Shown here in pieces: positions 37,286 to 51,875 of a DNA stretch of 64,000 nucleotides. The stretch comes from Octopus sinensis. Its lineage: Eukaryota. How positions within the stretch are numbered: the stretch's first letter is position 1; each line of letters starts with the position of its first letter. Position numbers and translations under genes: made by a program. The DNA lies in the NCBI RefSeq assembly GCF_006345805.1, contig NC_042999.1, positions 170,810,001 to 170,874,000 on the forward strand, in the 5' to 3' direction. Below the pieces are notes generated by a model, which was not told where the DNA came from, made no database searches, and was given only the letters and a program-made list of their open reading frames with translations.

Positions 37286-39832
37286 AATAATTTAAATCCA
37301 TGCTGTATTTAATATTTACTCTTCTGTGAAAGTAAGACATTAATTCGTTTTGGGTTGACAATGTGCCTCCGCTTTACAGTAACTACAGAATTATATTTTA
37401 AGGTCCATAAATGCTATCCCTAATTAATTTAACCATAACAGAGAACTGCCTCAATACGTATCTATGGAAATCTTACTTAGTTTCTTAGTATTATACACTG
37501 GAGCAATATATTGCTGGTGGTGATGATGGTGCATCTTAACTGAGACAATCCTGATGTAACCTCTCTCTTATTCAGATTATATACGTAGGAATTGTTATCT
37601 TTTGTATTTGTAAAGCTAAGGTATTTCTATCAGTCTGAACAATCACATAAATGCTTCCATGACGTTTGTATGATGTACGAAAGAGATGGTAAGAAAGAGA
37701 TACTTTGGCGTTCATAACTTTTGAAATGTGTCTCAACGACGAAGATAGTGAATAATTACAACCGATAAAAATCAAATTTCTCAGAGTTTTGTCGTCGTAG
37801 ACCTGTGTCTACTTCTACAAAACTGACCATATACTCACAGATAACAATAACTGTTGAGTGTGAAAATGATGTCATAATACTTACGCCAAGGAACGGTAAT
37901 GAATTAGCTGAATGCTATAATACTGTATTAAATGTATTATAATCTCCATTCTATAGATTCTACATTGATTCTAATTTCAAAATCTGTATGGTCGTCAGCT
38001 TTGCTTTTCATATCTCTGGAATCGTGAAAATGTGTACCAGTAATTTATTTGTGTTACTTTCATTTTCTAAATTACTTTGAAAAAGTTAGTCTTTCGCTGA
38101 GACAAAGAAATCAATAAATATAGTCGTTCGATGAGACACGGTTATAAAAAATGAATAACAATAATAATTTACGTTCAAATTTAGAAGATAAATTAACGAG
38201 ATAGTGGTAATTAGTAGAAATTATTTTAAACATGTATGATGACTGAACAAAAAAAACTAATCAATTTTTCTTGATAAATGAATTTTATGCGAGCAATTAG
38301 AATAAAAGTGAATTTCATCATAGTGAAGAAAAATAAAATTGAAAGTAATGTTATCATTGGTCTAGACACGAGAAAACTTTATTCTTATTAATGCAAAATA
38401 GTCGATTAAACTGACCTCAATATATATTATTGGTGCTGTTACTTTTTGAGCGGAAAGCATTAAAATAAAAATGAGATCGGCGTGATTTGAAATTAGAAGA
38501 GCGAAATTTTAAATGATTACTAAAATAAACCAACCTCTACTAATCCTGTAATAAGACTCAATGAGAGCATCTCTGCATAATCGCCCAGTCTGCTAAAAAA
38601 GATAACACAATGTACCTCAGTTAACACCATGTTATGTTATAAAAGACAGATAAACGCTAGATATTTTAGTACCTGATACACTATACCTGAATAAAAATAT
38701 ATCACAGCTGAAACAGCCTTGATCATAGTTCTGCTGGATTAAGACGTATATGGCTAAATAATTCGTCCCCACACTCTAAGTTTTATTGAAACAAGAAGCT
38801 TAAGATTTGCAAATGAGTTGAAATATGAGTTTATAATGTAATATTTCTAATATCTTTAGCGAGAAATGTCTAGTGAAATGTTTCCTACGCAAATTATAAA
38901 CTATACTAGTGACGTTCCATATCACGACAGGAATTTTAACAAATGAGAATTACTCTAGATTGAATAAATTTCGATTGCATTCTTTGCTTTGACAGACTTC
39001 TGCAGCCTTTTGTAATAAAACCTATCTCTGGTGTTCGTAGATGAGTCTGCATGGCATGCTAAATCCCAGTTAGGTGTTACTCCTTAAAAGTCATAAGGAA
39101 GAAACAAACTTTATAACAGTCAATTCTTTTTCTGTCTGTGTCAAGAGAATATAGCGCAGAAAGTATTTTAATATCATTAAGAAACATTTTATCTGTCAAA
39201 ATAATAAACGCTACATTTGTTGTAAATTAACTATAAACCAACAGCAATCGAAATCAGATATCACATAGAATCTTACTTGGGATGAAATTTTGATAACTGG
39301 AAATCGAAACCGAAACCAAATCATGAGTTACTTTGGCCAAAAGCGAATCTCAATGACAATTTAACGCATTTCAAGGCTGCAGTTTTACAATTAAATTGAT
39401 TATTATATTTATTACTTACTGTAGGACGCTAGTTGGTCTCTTTAGTGAAGGAGCAGCTTATATGCTTAATAAAAAAGGTTCCATTTTTATACCTAATTCT
39501 CACCCCACTGTCATTGAACCATTCTATTATTTGAAAAAAGAACACATGTATTTAGGCAATGATTATAGTTATTGAAATCTGCGTCCTTACGTTTGGAGCA
39601 CTCATTCCATCGTCATTGCAAATATATTGAAGTAGAGATGAAACAAATATTCAAATAATGCTTTTATAGCGATTCTGTATTTTGTAGCAACACCTGTCTC
39701 AAATTTGGACTGGATATAGTCGATTGAACTGATCACAATATTTAATTGGTTCTTACTTCGTCGAACAGGAATGGATGAACGGCAGCATTAATAGCACTCA
39801 CAGATATATATGTATATATATATACATATATA

Positions 39833-41009
39833 TTCTCTCACTTCAATGCACTTGCAATTGTGCTCCAGCGACTTTGTGAAGGCTCCGTGGAAGTCTTCCA
39901 GAGTGAAGGTGTCCAGCACCATTGCAGTAGGCCAATTCATCTTCTCGATGTTTTTAAAACGACTGTCCCTGAGGTTCTCTTTCAGCTCAGGGAACAATGC
40001 CTGAACTTTAGGGAGGGTGATGGACTGTTTGGTGGCCATATGTGTCAAAGATGGAATTGTCGACAAGTGCATTGTCCTGGTACAGATATCGCCGACCCGA
40101 GGGAAAGAACTCTTGCCTTTTGCAAAGAAATCACCCAATCTTCCTTAATATCTCCAGAAAGTATTCATTGACGTCCAAAGGGGGACCCAGTTGCTGTAAA
40201 TTATGCCCTTGCTATCGGGAAAGGCTCATCATATGTTTCCTGGTGGCCTAGCTTCGTTTGGCATTCTTGGGTCTGAGGGAGCCATGATGCTTCCATTGCG
40301 CACTCTGTCACTTGTTCTCTGGATCATAAATGTTGATAGACCTTTCGTCACAAGTTATCAGATATTGAAGTACTCTTTGAATGAAGATAAAGAGATATCC
40401 ATCGCTCTGCTGTAACCAACGCGTCTGCCCTTCTGATCGTCACTGAACATGTGCAGAAATTTTGCACATGTTTATATCTTCATGAATAATTCAGTGTACA
40501 GTTGCCTCACCGACTCCAAATTGTATGTTGATTGTCTTTATAGACACACAATGGTTTTGATGCAGAAATCTGAGACTTTTCTCGACTAGTTCTGATATTC
40601 TGGCGTCCCTCTCAATCCCAAATCTTTCATCATCTCTCACCTCATCTCTACCATCCTTGAATCATTTGTGCCAGCAAAAACCAACAGCTCGGCTTATACA
40701 AGTTACTCCATAAGTAATCTGGTGAGTCTATAATTTTCTGTAGCGTTTTTGCCTTGGTCAACTCAAAGTTTTACTGCATAGCGAGCTTTCAAATTCTCTT
40801 CACGTCCCGCTTGATTCCTTCAATGTAGTCACCTGCGACAAACAGGGATCAGTATAGTGTGTTCAAAGTGTAGTTATAGCAGTCTCCTTCAATGTGAAAT
40901 TAAAAGTTGGCTGGTCAGTTTATTAAGTGTATAGTAATGATATACTGAAATTACTATAATCTAGGTCAGTTATAACTACCTCTCATAACTTTTAGAGTGT
41001 ACCTCATTA
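39833..41009 (-). mobile_element. Dead mariner (IS630-Tc1-mariner) DNA transposon
   Basis: Minus-strand fragments LITCDE..I.IYDPE.K.QS.QWKH.GS..PK, DSKGIIY.NWVP and LFPELKENLR..RF..IE...VLDTFTLEDFHGAF..KCIEV. A TIR-like end at 40981-41009; the other end is lost at (TA)n. Confidence 0.85.
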
Positions 41010-41432
41010 GGTGAGACAAGCTGACTGAATCAGCTTCTCTGACTGACAGGTGACGGTCGTTTAGAAAAAGCGCGGGCTAAAACTACGCGCCTTCACTAGT
41101 CAGATAAGGTGAGACAGTGTCACGTGACAACTTGCTGGCGCTGCCTGCTGGAGCCTATGCGGCAGGTATTTAAAGGGAAAAATTTCACAAGACAGTCAGT
41201 CACCGGCTGACACTCACTGATGATACATCGAAGAGGCCAGGGAACAGAAGAAAGAAGAGGAAAGGAGACATGCACCCAACACCAGAGCTGAAGACACCTC
41301 CGAAAGTGGGGTGGGGCGCCACGTCAAATCGGTAGAGTAGGGACCGAAACCGGACGCGGTTCCTCCTGATGATGTCTTGAGCTAACTGGATCCTATAAAG
41401 GAGCTGTTGTGGTAGCAGACCACTAAACACGG

Positions 41433-41460
41433 TTGTAATTCCTAGAATGTACCTCGCATA
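41433..41460 (-). repeat. Mariner-type TIR fragment
   Basis: Reverse complement TATGCGAGGTACATTCTAGGAATTACAA resembles 41740-41769 and 40981-41009; abuts TA. Confidence 0.55.
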
Positions 41461-41461
41461 C

Positions 41462-41506
<45 letters not shown>

Positions 41507-41695
41507 TAGGTAAAATTTATAGAAAAACAAAAGACGAAGACATGTGTATGAACAACAAACAAGTGTATTGGTTTGACGGGAAAATGAAGTATTTTTTACA
41601 TTTCGAGTCTACGCTCTTCAACAGAAAGGAATAAAAGAATATGAAAGTACTTGTAGGCTTCAGCGGCATATCACACACACTCGCACCCCCCTCCC

Positions 41696-41739
<44 letters not shown>

Positions 41740-41745
<6 letters not shown>

Positions 41746-41769
41746 AGGTGCATTCTGGAAGTTATGAGA
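41740..41769 (+). repeat. Mariner-type TIR fragment
   Basis: TATGCGAGGTGCATTCTGGAAGTTATGAGA following (TA)n; 22/28 identical to the 41433-41460 fragment. Confidence 0.55.
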
Positions 41770-42444
41770 CTATTTTTTTATATAAATATAAACAAATTGA
41801 TAGATTGAATGACTGGTTGATAGATTGATCGGCTTGTTAATTAAATTTCACAGTCAACCTTATTGAATATTAATTAATATTCAAATGTTGCTTTTATTTT
41901 ATGTTATTAAAATAAATAAGAAAACTTATAATGATTCATATTATTTTGTTTGTATATCTGTAGTGGAATTGCATTGAAAAACATGTTTTACATTTCATTT
42001 GTATTCGCAAATCATTTAAACGCACTTTTGCTTAAAAGTACCAGAGATAAAATATTAATATCATATTCAGACATTTTTCATCGTCATATATGTATATAGA
42101 TTTATAGTGTGGACAGTATTAAAGTTTAGGAGAGTTACTTTCACATTCTGGCATTGAAATGTATTTGAAATGTCACCTAAGCATTAAACATTTAAATGAA
42201 GTTTTATTTTACTTTTAAATATTGATAAATAATGATTTATTTTGAATTAATATAAATCCAATCTGTGATTGAACCAATATTTTCAGATTATTGAATATTC
42301 CATCGGAATAATTTTATCGATTTTGAAAGAAATGAATCATTATCTTTTCCATTTTTTATTCATTGCACTCTAGGTATTCTGGGGATCCTCTTAAAGTGTG
42401 TAGTCGAAAACTTCTACTCCGCTACTTATTTTGTTTCAAAATGG

Positions 42445-42570
42445 TACAAATTCATCCGTTCTCTTTTGCCGAAGCGCTATGTTACTGGAACGTAAACAAA
42501 ACATCTGTTGTCAAGTGGTGGTAGGGAAAAACACAAATACACACACACACACACACGCACACACACACAC

Positions 42571-42601
<31 letters not shown>

Positions 42602-42755
42602 CGGATTTATTTCAACTTTCCTCTACGAAATCACTTCACAAGGTTTTGGTTGGCCCAGGGCTGTAGAAACCACTTATCAAAGCTGCCACGAAAAGGGATT
42701 GAACGACGCTGGGCAATGTGACTGGACAATGGTGTTCTTACAACACAACCACGTC
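42445..42755 (-). mobile_element. Degenerate copy of the CORE-like tRNA SINE
   Basis: TTTGCCGAAGCGCTATGTTAC...(CA)n...TTCACAAGGTTTTGGTTGGCCCAGGGCT, collinear with 59323-59735. Confidence 0.6.
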
Positions 42756-43564
42756 TATGAGTCAGTAAAGAATAAAAATGAAAAGAAACCTGCGTACGAT
42801 ATAGTCCACATTTAAGCGATTCTTCAAAAACTGTTCTCCCTTAAGTACTAATTGACTTTGATCTGAAACAAAAGAGAATAAGATAAAAAGGTGTTAAGAA
42901 AGTAGTCTCAGTCAAAAACATTTGCCACAGCTTCGAATTCTTTTTCAATGATATGTCCTACCAGGAACAATGCTGCTTTTTCTCTACTCAGTTCTCAATT
43001 TTCCGTAATTTGACAATAATTTGGTTTAATGATTTTTTTCTTTAACCACAAGAGGCACGTCATCAGAAGAATGATATTGGCAACATCATTAACATAGTTT
43101 GTGTCATCGTAGACGCTTTAAGAAATTAGATTTGTGGTGATCATTTCTGATTCGAAGATAGTGCTGTTTACAGAGAAACCTGGAGAATAACGTTTCAGAA
43201 ATTAGTCAAAAAGGTTCATAAAACCCGTAATACTTTCAACCGGTTTTCTCTCATTACTTTGGTGTGGAGCTAATTTACTCTAATTCTCGGCAAGAACACA
43301 TTACATATCAAAAATACAGAAAAGTCTGGATAAAACTTTGGATTAACATGTCTTTGGTATCTCAGATATGTTGTGGCTTCAGAGTAAATAGGGATTTATG
43401 GGAAATAATTTTTCCGAGGGGGCGGAGAGAGGAGTTTCAGAACATTCACACAATCTGAGTTTTTCTCCTCATAACTTTCAGAAAAATGGGTAGCTTTTAA
43501 TGAAAGTTTATACAAATCCCTTTCAAACAGCATAGGTTATGATTATAAAGAAATTTGTGGGGCA

Positions 43565-45030
43565 AGTTTTTTCGGGGATTTTCCCCATTTGTTTTAAAAC
43601 ACAGACTTCGAAATGATGGAGTTGGGGGGCATTTTTGTATGAAAAAATATTTTGAAAACTTTTCTTTTTCCACCCCCTCCATCATCATTCCACTACGGAC
43701 CTGTTCAGGGAAGAAAATGCTAATATTTTCAGAGGGAAAAATGAATGATTTAAGAGCGATTTGACTGTTGTTTCTAACACCCAAAGTCAACCCTCCTCGT
43801 TTCTTTATCACTCTCGCATGTTTTTCGATATCTTTCCCCCATAAATACAATTTAGGTATTCTTTCGTTAGAAACAGCATAGAAGTGAAACTCGATCATGT
43901 GGGATCATATGATTGTGGATGAATTTTCGTAGTAATATTTCTTTCTTTACTCCTCTTTGGAAGGCGACATTTGCTTTGAAGTGAGAGAACGTGAAAGATG
44001 AACGTGTGTGTCTATGAGAGAGAGAGAGAGAGAGAGAGTGAGTGAGTGAGTGAGTGAGTGAGTGAAGGTGTGTTGTCATGTTTGTATTTTTTGCATGTAT
44101 TGTAAGTGGTACGTCCTCTCTCTCTCTCTCTCTGTCTCTCACGCACATACAAAAATGATATATGCATATGTATTTATGTAGGTACGTATATATGAAAGAT
44201 AAGGTTTGCGTGAGAGAGGGAGAGAGAGTGCCACTTACACGTACATGCAAAAAATACATACATAACAATACACACCCTCACTCTCCTCCCTCTCTCTCTC
44301 TCTCACACACACTCATATGCATGTGTATTTATGCGTGTACTTGTCTATGAAAAAGTGTGTATAAGAGAGTGGGTGACACTTACATATATATGACAATACA
44401 CATCTTCACTCACTTTCTCTCTCACACTCACATACACACACACGCACATGTACATGCAACAAGATGTATGCATATACGTGTATAGGAAAGATCTGTGCGT
44501 GTGTGTGTGTGAGAAGGAGAGAGAGAGAGAGAGAAAGAGCCACTTACATATACATGCAAAAAAGTACAAACATGACAACACATACCTTGACTCACTCAAA
44601 CTCTCTCACACACGCACAAAATAGTTATGTAAACGGTAATTAATTTTAATAGCATGCCTTTCTGTTAGAAAATGTTTTTATTACACACACATGGCTTCGC
44701 TTGATTGAGGTTGGGGTAAAAATTTAGATCACAATTTTTTTTGTTGCATATATTCTACCAATAGCGTGCGTTATTTCGGCATCATCATTCCATAAAATGT
44801 GTTTAATGGGAGAAAAATATTGAAAAAATATCAATTCATATGAGAGAAAAAACGGCGGGTGGTTTGGATTGTGCTAGAAACAACAGTGAACTCTCCCTTG
44901 AATTGGTCACCTTTTCCTCCGAGAATATTTACAATGTTTTAAAATATTTTTACCGTAAAAGCTCCTGCCATGGTTTTTAAGTTAAAACAGAAAATGGCCA
45001 AAATCGGTCCGAATAGTTATTATTGTAAGG
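43565..45030. repeat. Old inverted repeat pair around a reshuffled microsatellite-rich core
   Basis: ACTGTTGTTTCTAACAC (43764-43780) versus the inverted copy at 44871-44887 (16/17); a second inverted block pairs 43822-43853 with 44794-44827. Confidence 0.55.
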
Positions 45031-48000
45031 CGTTCCAAACAGCCATAACAACAAAATCGCTTTTAAGTTTTTTTTTACAAAAGTTATATCGGAATATCAA
45101 AAATATTTCATTCAATGAATAATGTTTTTACGTTACGTATACATTAATAAAAAAGAAAACTGTCGGTTTTCTAAATAGGGAATTAAAGCTTGAAATGAAA
45201 ACATTGAAATAAAAAGTGAGAGACTTTGCAAATGAAAATGGAATACTCCACACTGAATGTAACGAATATTTAAATTTATGAAAAATTGGACTTCAAAAAT
45301 CTAATGAAGTTCAGAAAACGAAATTATAGGAAATTTCTTGGAACATGAATTAAAAAAGAAATTTCAGACAGTCAAGCCTTTAATAATAGCTTTCTTTTAG
45401 AACTTTTAGTAACTGTTACATACCTAATTAATAACCAGCTTTCTCCATCATAATATAGATTTACCTTCTAAGCAACTGAAAACACTTTCAAGACAGTAGA
45501 CATCATAAACATCGTTGATGTGCATTTTTGGTAGGCATAGTGTAAAAGTTATGTTTAATTGACCTAAAATATTTGGGGGGAGAATGTACAGGCTATGTCA
45601 GTTTAAGCATTTTCATATCTTCCCGTTTTCACTCTTCGTATTTGCGTCGTCATCGATCACTTCTCCGTAGTGTACCACATAGGTGGCTTTATTGGAAATT
45701 ATATATGTGACATTTGTATTTGTTCGACATAATTGCTAAAGCGCCGGCGCATGCATGCCAGTTGTGTGACCAACCAATTCGGTCTTTATCACCCTGTGTT
45801 CAGATATAAAACAGATCACTCGCTTCTTTATATTTCTCTCAACATTTGTACTAGATATCGACAATTCCAACACATCTTTTATTGCAGTATTTGTTTTTCA
45901 ACATAGCTGTGAGAAAACCATTCTGTTTCTGACAAATCATAAGTAGAGCACTTTTGTATTTTTGTCTTCTTTTTGCATTAAAAATCCGCTTGGCATACAC
46001 TTTTTTTTTAATACAAAGTTTTGTCAAATAAATAACTTCTCAGCTAGTTTATTTATTCGCATACGTTGTCATTTGTTTAGTAGTAAACACCAAAATACTA
46101 GTCTGTCTGCTGTTTTATTTTTAAGTCTAAATTATCGAAAATAAATAAATCATTTGTAAATGTATCCACCATTACCATAATGTGAGCAGATATTTTGCAT
46201 TAAAAAGACAAGATAATCATTTTTTTTTTTGCAAAACTGCTAGTATTTTCTCTAATTATATTTTTTAAAACCTCATTTTTGTGCAATAGCCAGGATGGCT
46301 GCCTATCCGGGAGCCTGTTTCACTGTTGTATTTTTATCAAATGTCAGCTTTAAAGTGCTGTTTTAATATCTGCGGATTTTTCAGTTAAAAACGAAAAAGT
46401 AATTGAAACTTAGTACTTAATCACTTAATGTAATTGAAACAAGTAAAAAAAAAAAAGTAATGAAAATGTTCACATACGAGAGTGATAAGGGAATAGCGGA
46501 AAATATATGACTTAGCGCAGCATAGGAATACAACAATAATTGATATTATTAGACATAGACACTAGGGTAAAATTTGTGGGAATGGGAAATTGTGGGAAAT
46601 TACAAAGCAAAACAAAAGATATACATTAGCGCAAAAAATATATATAAAACAACCAAGAAAGAAGCTTAATACTATAGTACAAAGGAACATACATTCTTCT
46701 TCTTCTTGTTCTTCTTGTTCTTGTTCTTCTTCTTCTTCTTGCTAGTTAAAACAATTTCTTTTACCAAAAGTACTCGCATAGACATAATTTCTTAAATGTC
46801 GAAGTTTCTACTTCATGCGAAAAACGTAACGTCTGCGTTATAACTTTGGACAAAGTTTAATTTTTCCTCTTGAAGTCAGAACACACGAAGATGGTCATGA
46901 ATATTTTGTGCCATGCTAAAAAGAATCCAACTGTGAATGTGAAAGATAATAAATTTCTTTCTCAGAAAAGAAAAAAAAAAGACCCCCCTCCAAAAAAAAA
47001 ATTAAGCAAAACATCTCTAATGCAAAGAAAAATGTGAACAGTAATCACAGACCAAAAGAAATCTCGAACATTTTAAGTATACCGACTAGTAATCATGTCA
47101 ATAATGACAATATCAGTGCGCATTCATATGTTGCTTCGAGCATAAATTGAAGTAGCGAACGGATGGCCTTCAAATATATTTCTTCAAATAAAACTCTCCA
47201 TATGAAACATTTTGTTGCAAAATCAAAAGCATTTCACATTGTGTTCTTCGGACTGCAGCCATCCATCCACAATCATAGAGACACGTGAGTGAAAAAAGTA
47301 ACATAGCTCTACCTTGCCAACAACACATCAGGTTTTCTACTTTCATCAATATTGTAAGTGAAATAGTCTACATTTGAAAAGGGGTGGCATTTGGCACCAT
47401 ATGCGTCTTTATTTTAATAATGGATGTGGTGAAGCGCAAGTCCACACAGTATGTGACACAACAATCTATAAGCCAGTTTCGTCGCATTTTAGAAGGATGA
47501 ACAAAAATGTCACCGTCAGGGTTTATAACAATCAAGTGGTCAACGATGGAGTAACGTTTGACGATACATGTTTGAGGGGAACTCCAATACATATAGAAGC
47601 CCTAATAACCTCGAAAGACCACAAAATAATACTATAAGTGTGCTTTTAGGAGCTGCTGCGATGAAGATCGTAAAACGTATCAGCGAAGAAGACATTATGC
47701 ATGTAGGAGAAAAGCTATCTTAGAATTTTATGAACAGAAATTCTAAAACAAGAAAAACTACAGTAACAAATTACTAGGGCCATCGTTTCGATAATGACAC
47801 CTGGAATAACGTATCAATCGGCAAATAAATTTCACTGTTTATGGTTTACCAAAGGCACATAACCTAATGCTATCGCCCAGCCATAAACAACAACAGAAAC
47901 AGTCTGTTCTAAACGAATGGGAAAAGCTGTAGCACCGCATTTGCTTGTAAAGATGCAGACCAGACAGGGCCGATGTAGATAAGGTCTACTAAAGAAAATA

Positions 48001-48157
48001 CGTAGAAAACAACATAAAAAGTTATCAGAATGCGATTTTCAGTACACTTCCATAGGTGAACAGACTCACTAACGAGGACAAACTCATAATGCATGAAGAA
48101 GAGACAATGTTCCGTGAAATGGAACCAAACCTCGCTCTGAGGAAAATGAAATTGACA

Positions 48158-50113
48158 GCTAGTTACATGAATAATAAATCTGATGTGTTGTCTATTCTGT
48201 ATTTTATGTAGTTTGTTCTTAGTACTTGCTCTTGGGCAGCACAGATTAGAGCCAACGTCTCCGGTTTTATATTACTTTTAGTCATCCACAACCATCTTTT
48301 TTCTCTGTCTGTCTTCTCTTCAACATCCCTATGAAATTGACCATGCATTCTTTTCATTACACACCTATTTTCAGTTTCATTCGTTTTCAATTTCTTGTAT
48401 AGTGCTTTATCTTTGCAATCTTTCATCCTACACAAGCCTGACCTTCTTACTTCTAATATTAGCGGTTCTGTGGCATTTTTTACATGCCATGCTATGTTGT
48501 TTTCTTCTGCTCTAATGCTGTGTTCGCATCCAATTAGTACTTTCCCCTCTCTTTTTCGTGGTACATACAGTCTGTCTGTGTTACTTTTCGGCTGGAGTGA
48601 CCCATATCTATTTAGCAACTTCCTTGTCTTTCTGTCTAAGCTGTTTAGTTCGTCTACTGTCCATGCGATTACCCCTGCTCCATATCTAAGGAGTGAAACC
48701 GTCCAGATGTTGGTAGCTTCAATCTTATTCCGTCCGTTTAATTTCGACTTAAGGATCAGTCTCAGTCTGCGTAAGTACTCTACCTTAAATTTTTCTGTCA
48801 TTTCTTTCTCAATTAATTTATCAATTTCCAAAATCCCCAAGTACTTATAGCCTGTCTCTTCTATCTGCTTCATAACCTCCCCCGACGATATCTTTAGTCC
48901 GTCCATACATTTGATTTTACCTCTATTCAATACTTACACACCACACTTTCTCAGTCCGAACTCCATTCCGATATCAGCACTGAAGTTATACACCGTATCA
49001 ACGAGGGAACTAACTTCAGCTGCATCTTTAACATAAAGTTTGAGGTCATTCATGACTGACAAATCGTCGACTTTTTGTTGGCGGCTTTTTAATACATACC
49101 CAGTTTTTGCTTTCCTCAGAATCAGTGTCAGTGGTATCAGTACAAAGACCAGAGGGGACAGGCAATCCCCTTGGAAGATTCCCCTCCTAATTTCCACTGT
49201 CCCTAAACTTCTTTCGTATGCTGTCAGGTCCGTCCTCCTATTCGCCATACTTTTTCCAAGCAATCGCTCAACATTCGATGCAATACCAAACAGGTTCATA
49301 CACTCCCTAATCCAAGAATGTGGGATCATATCGTACGCCTTACGATAGTCGATCTATGACATGACTAAGTTACTTTTCCTCCTCTTACAGTCTTTGAGTA
49401 CAGTTTTATCTATCAGGAGTTGATCCTTGGTTCCTCTGCTCTTACACTTGCAACCCTTCTGCTCATGTGGCAGGAGTCAATTTTTTCTAGATGTTCGTAT
49501 ACTGACTCAGCGAGTATTCCAGTCAATAACTTCCACATAAGTGGCAAACGGGATATCGGCCTGTAATTGGCTACCGTATTGCCCTTTTCGATGTTTTTCA
49601 AGCACACCACTGCCCTACCCAATGTCAACCACTCTGGTGTTGCTTGGTCGGCATTTAACAAGGTGTTGAGTTGCGCAGCTATTCGTGCATGACATTCACC
49701 AAATATTTTGATCCAGTAGCCTTGAACTCCATCTGTTCCCGGGGCCTTCCAGTTGTTTTTTTTTTTTGCTTCTCTTCCCTTCCCTAATTGAATTGACTTC
49801 TGCCTGTTTTGGACAGACGACTGTTTGTTTCAGTTCTTGCAACCATTCAGCATCCTTCTTGTGCTCCTTGTCTTTGCTCCAGATGTCATTCCAAAACTTT
49901 GACTTTCAATGTTATCTGGTATTAACTCTTCGTCTGTACATCTTCTATCTATTTCTTTATAGAATTTCTTCTTATCTACTCTGAATAACCTATTCTGGTG
50001 GTAACCCTTCATTCTTTGGTCGTATCTTACCATCTTTGCTTTCTTTGCAACGGGGCGCTTCTTTAGTTCCTCCACTACTATTTTCAGGCCCTTTCTTTCA
50101 ATATTATACTTTC
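48158..50113 (-). mobile_element. Degenerate R4/Dong-like element (family D), RT region, 3'-truncated
   Basis: NWKAPG.DG.QGYW.K, NYRPI..LPLMWKLLT, IDYRKAYDMIPHSW, GIFQGDCLSPL, YKYLG and QEQVLRTNY; frameshifted; preceded on its own strand by (AAT)n at 50127-50170. Confidence 0.88.
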
Positions 50114-50125
50114 TTCTTATTCTTC

Positions 50126-50169
<44 letters not shown>

Positions 50170-51286
50170 GCAAGCAATGATAATCAAATAATAATATTAA
50201 CAACAGTAAAAATAATATTGATAAAAAGAACTGGGTGCAAAAGCAAAATAAATAACATTTAATGTGATTTTAGTTCAGTTTCAAATTAACTCGTAACAAA
50301 CGAACGCGACAAAATTGGAAAAAAAAGAAAAATTGACAGAAAGAGCAAAAATAAAAAATAACAACCAGACATCCTAATTATCTTCCCCGCCGTATAAAAT
50401 AAAATAAAAAAAAGCAAATAAAACTAAGCCTGGCACATAAAACTCACAAGTAAACAGTCAGAAAGTATATCTAAATCTAAATAAACAGAACACAAACCCA
50501 CACCCACACACACGCGCACGCCCACACACACACACATATATATATAAATATATACACATGTACATGCATACATACATATGCGTCTTTATATATGGTTGTA
50601 CATATGTATCTATGATGAACTACATACGTATACATATATATGCAAACAATAAATATATATGTATATATATATATATATATATACACAAATGTAAATGTAG
50701 AGTAATACGGCGCCTAACACCCCACTTTTTATCAAAATTAACTCTATTATTTACTGTTTGTTCAGTACTTAATATAGTAAATATATATATAAAAAAAATA
50801 AGTATTTTTGGTAAAAATCAGAAAATAATAACAATTCAAAATAAAATTATGACAAGCGTATATAGGAAAATCAATGTTTCATCAAACGTGCAACTAAAAT
50901 AAACAAATAACAAGAACACATAACAAGATAACACGAAGAAAACCAATAATCGTATAAGTACTGACAGTTACAGTTTAGCAAATTTCTTTTAAGCATTCTT
51001 GATTGCGACACATATGACTGAATCTTGGATTGGCGTTATTCACATTCCCTCAATCATGTGTGTTAATTTCCTGTGAGGCGTTCTGTTCTGTGTTTTTATG
51101 AGCTGTGTTTTAATAGATGTCTTATTTATTTTAAACACTAACAACAAACTGTATAATCATTTTTGGTGAAAAATATGAAAAGTCTCTCGCAGCTTAATCG
51201 TAAGGTGTAATCTTCAAAACCAGCTTGGTTACTGCATACCAGTTTGAAATGAGATAGATAAATACATAGATAAATAATTAGATGGT

Positions 51287-51344
<58 letters not shown>

Positions 51345-51346
51345 CA

Positions 51347-51380
<34 letters not shown>

Positions 51381-51823
51381 CATACATAGATCAATAGAGA
51401 CAGAGGTAGGTGAAGAAATTGAAAGAGGATAAAGAACAAGGAGAAAATGAATCATAAACCAAGAGAGATAGATATAGAGGGTACCAGAGCAAGGTAGGAG
51501 AGCGAAGAAATGTAATGTTGCAATTTGATTGACACAACATTCTTTCTAAGAGTTCCCAGTATTCAGAAAAACAAAATTCTCTTCAATTAATGCCTAATGA
51601 ATTAGTTATTAACAGACTGTTCCTTGTTTATAATTTCTAACGGTGTAAATGTAAATGTTTGTGAACATGACACATGTGCAGACAGATATTCATACATCAG
51701 CGTTAATACACACTGCCAATAACAACACATATATATCTAAGTGCTAGTAACGATATATGTGTGTATATGTGTGTGCATGTGTGTGTGTGTATGTGTGCGT
51801 ATGCGTGTGTATTTCTGTATATG

Positions 51824-51875
<52 letters not shown>

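Noticed and set aside
41010-41430. GC-richer segment with three CTGANGA words and a faint PD..P.D mariner-like peptide
   Set aside because: No stem II/GAAA geometry for a ribozyme; the peptide similarity is too weak.
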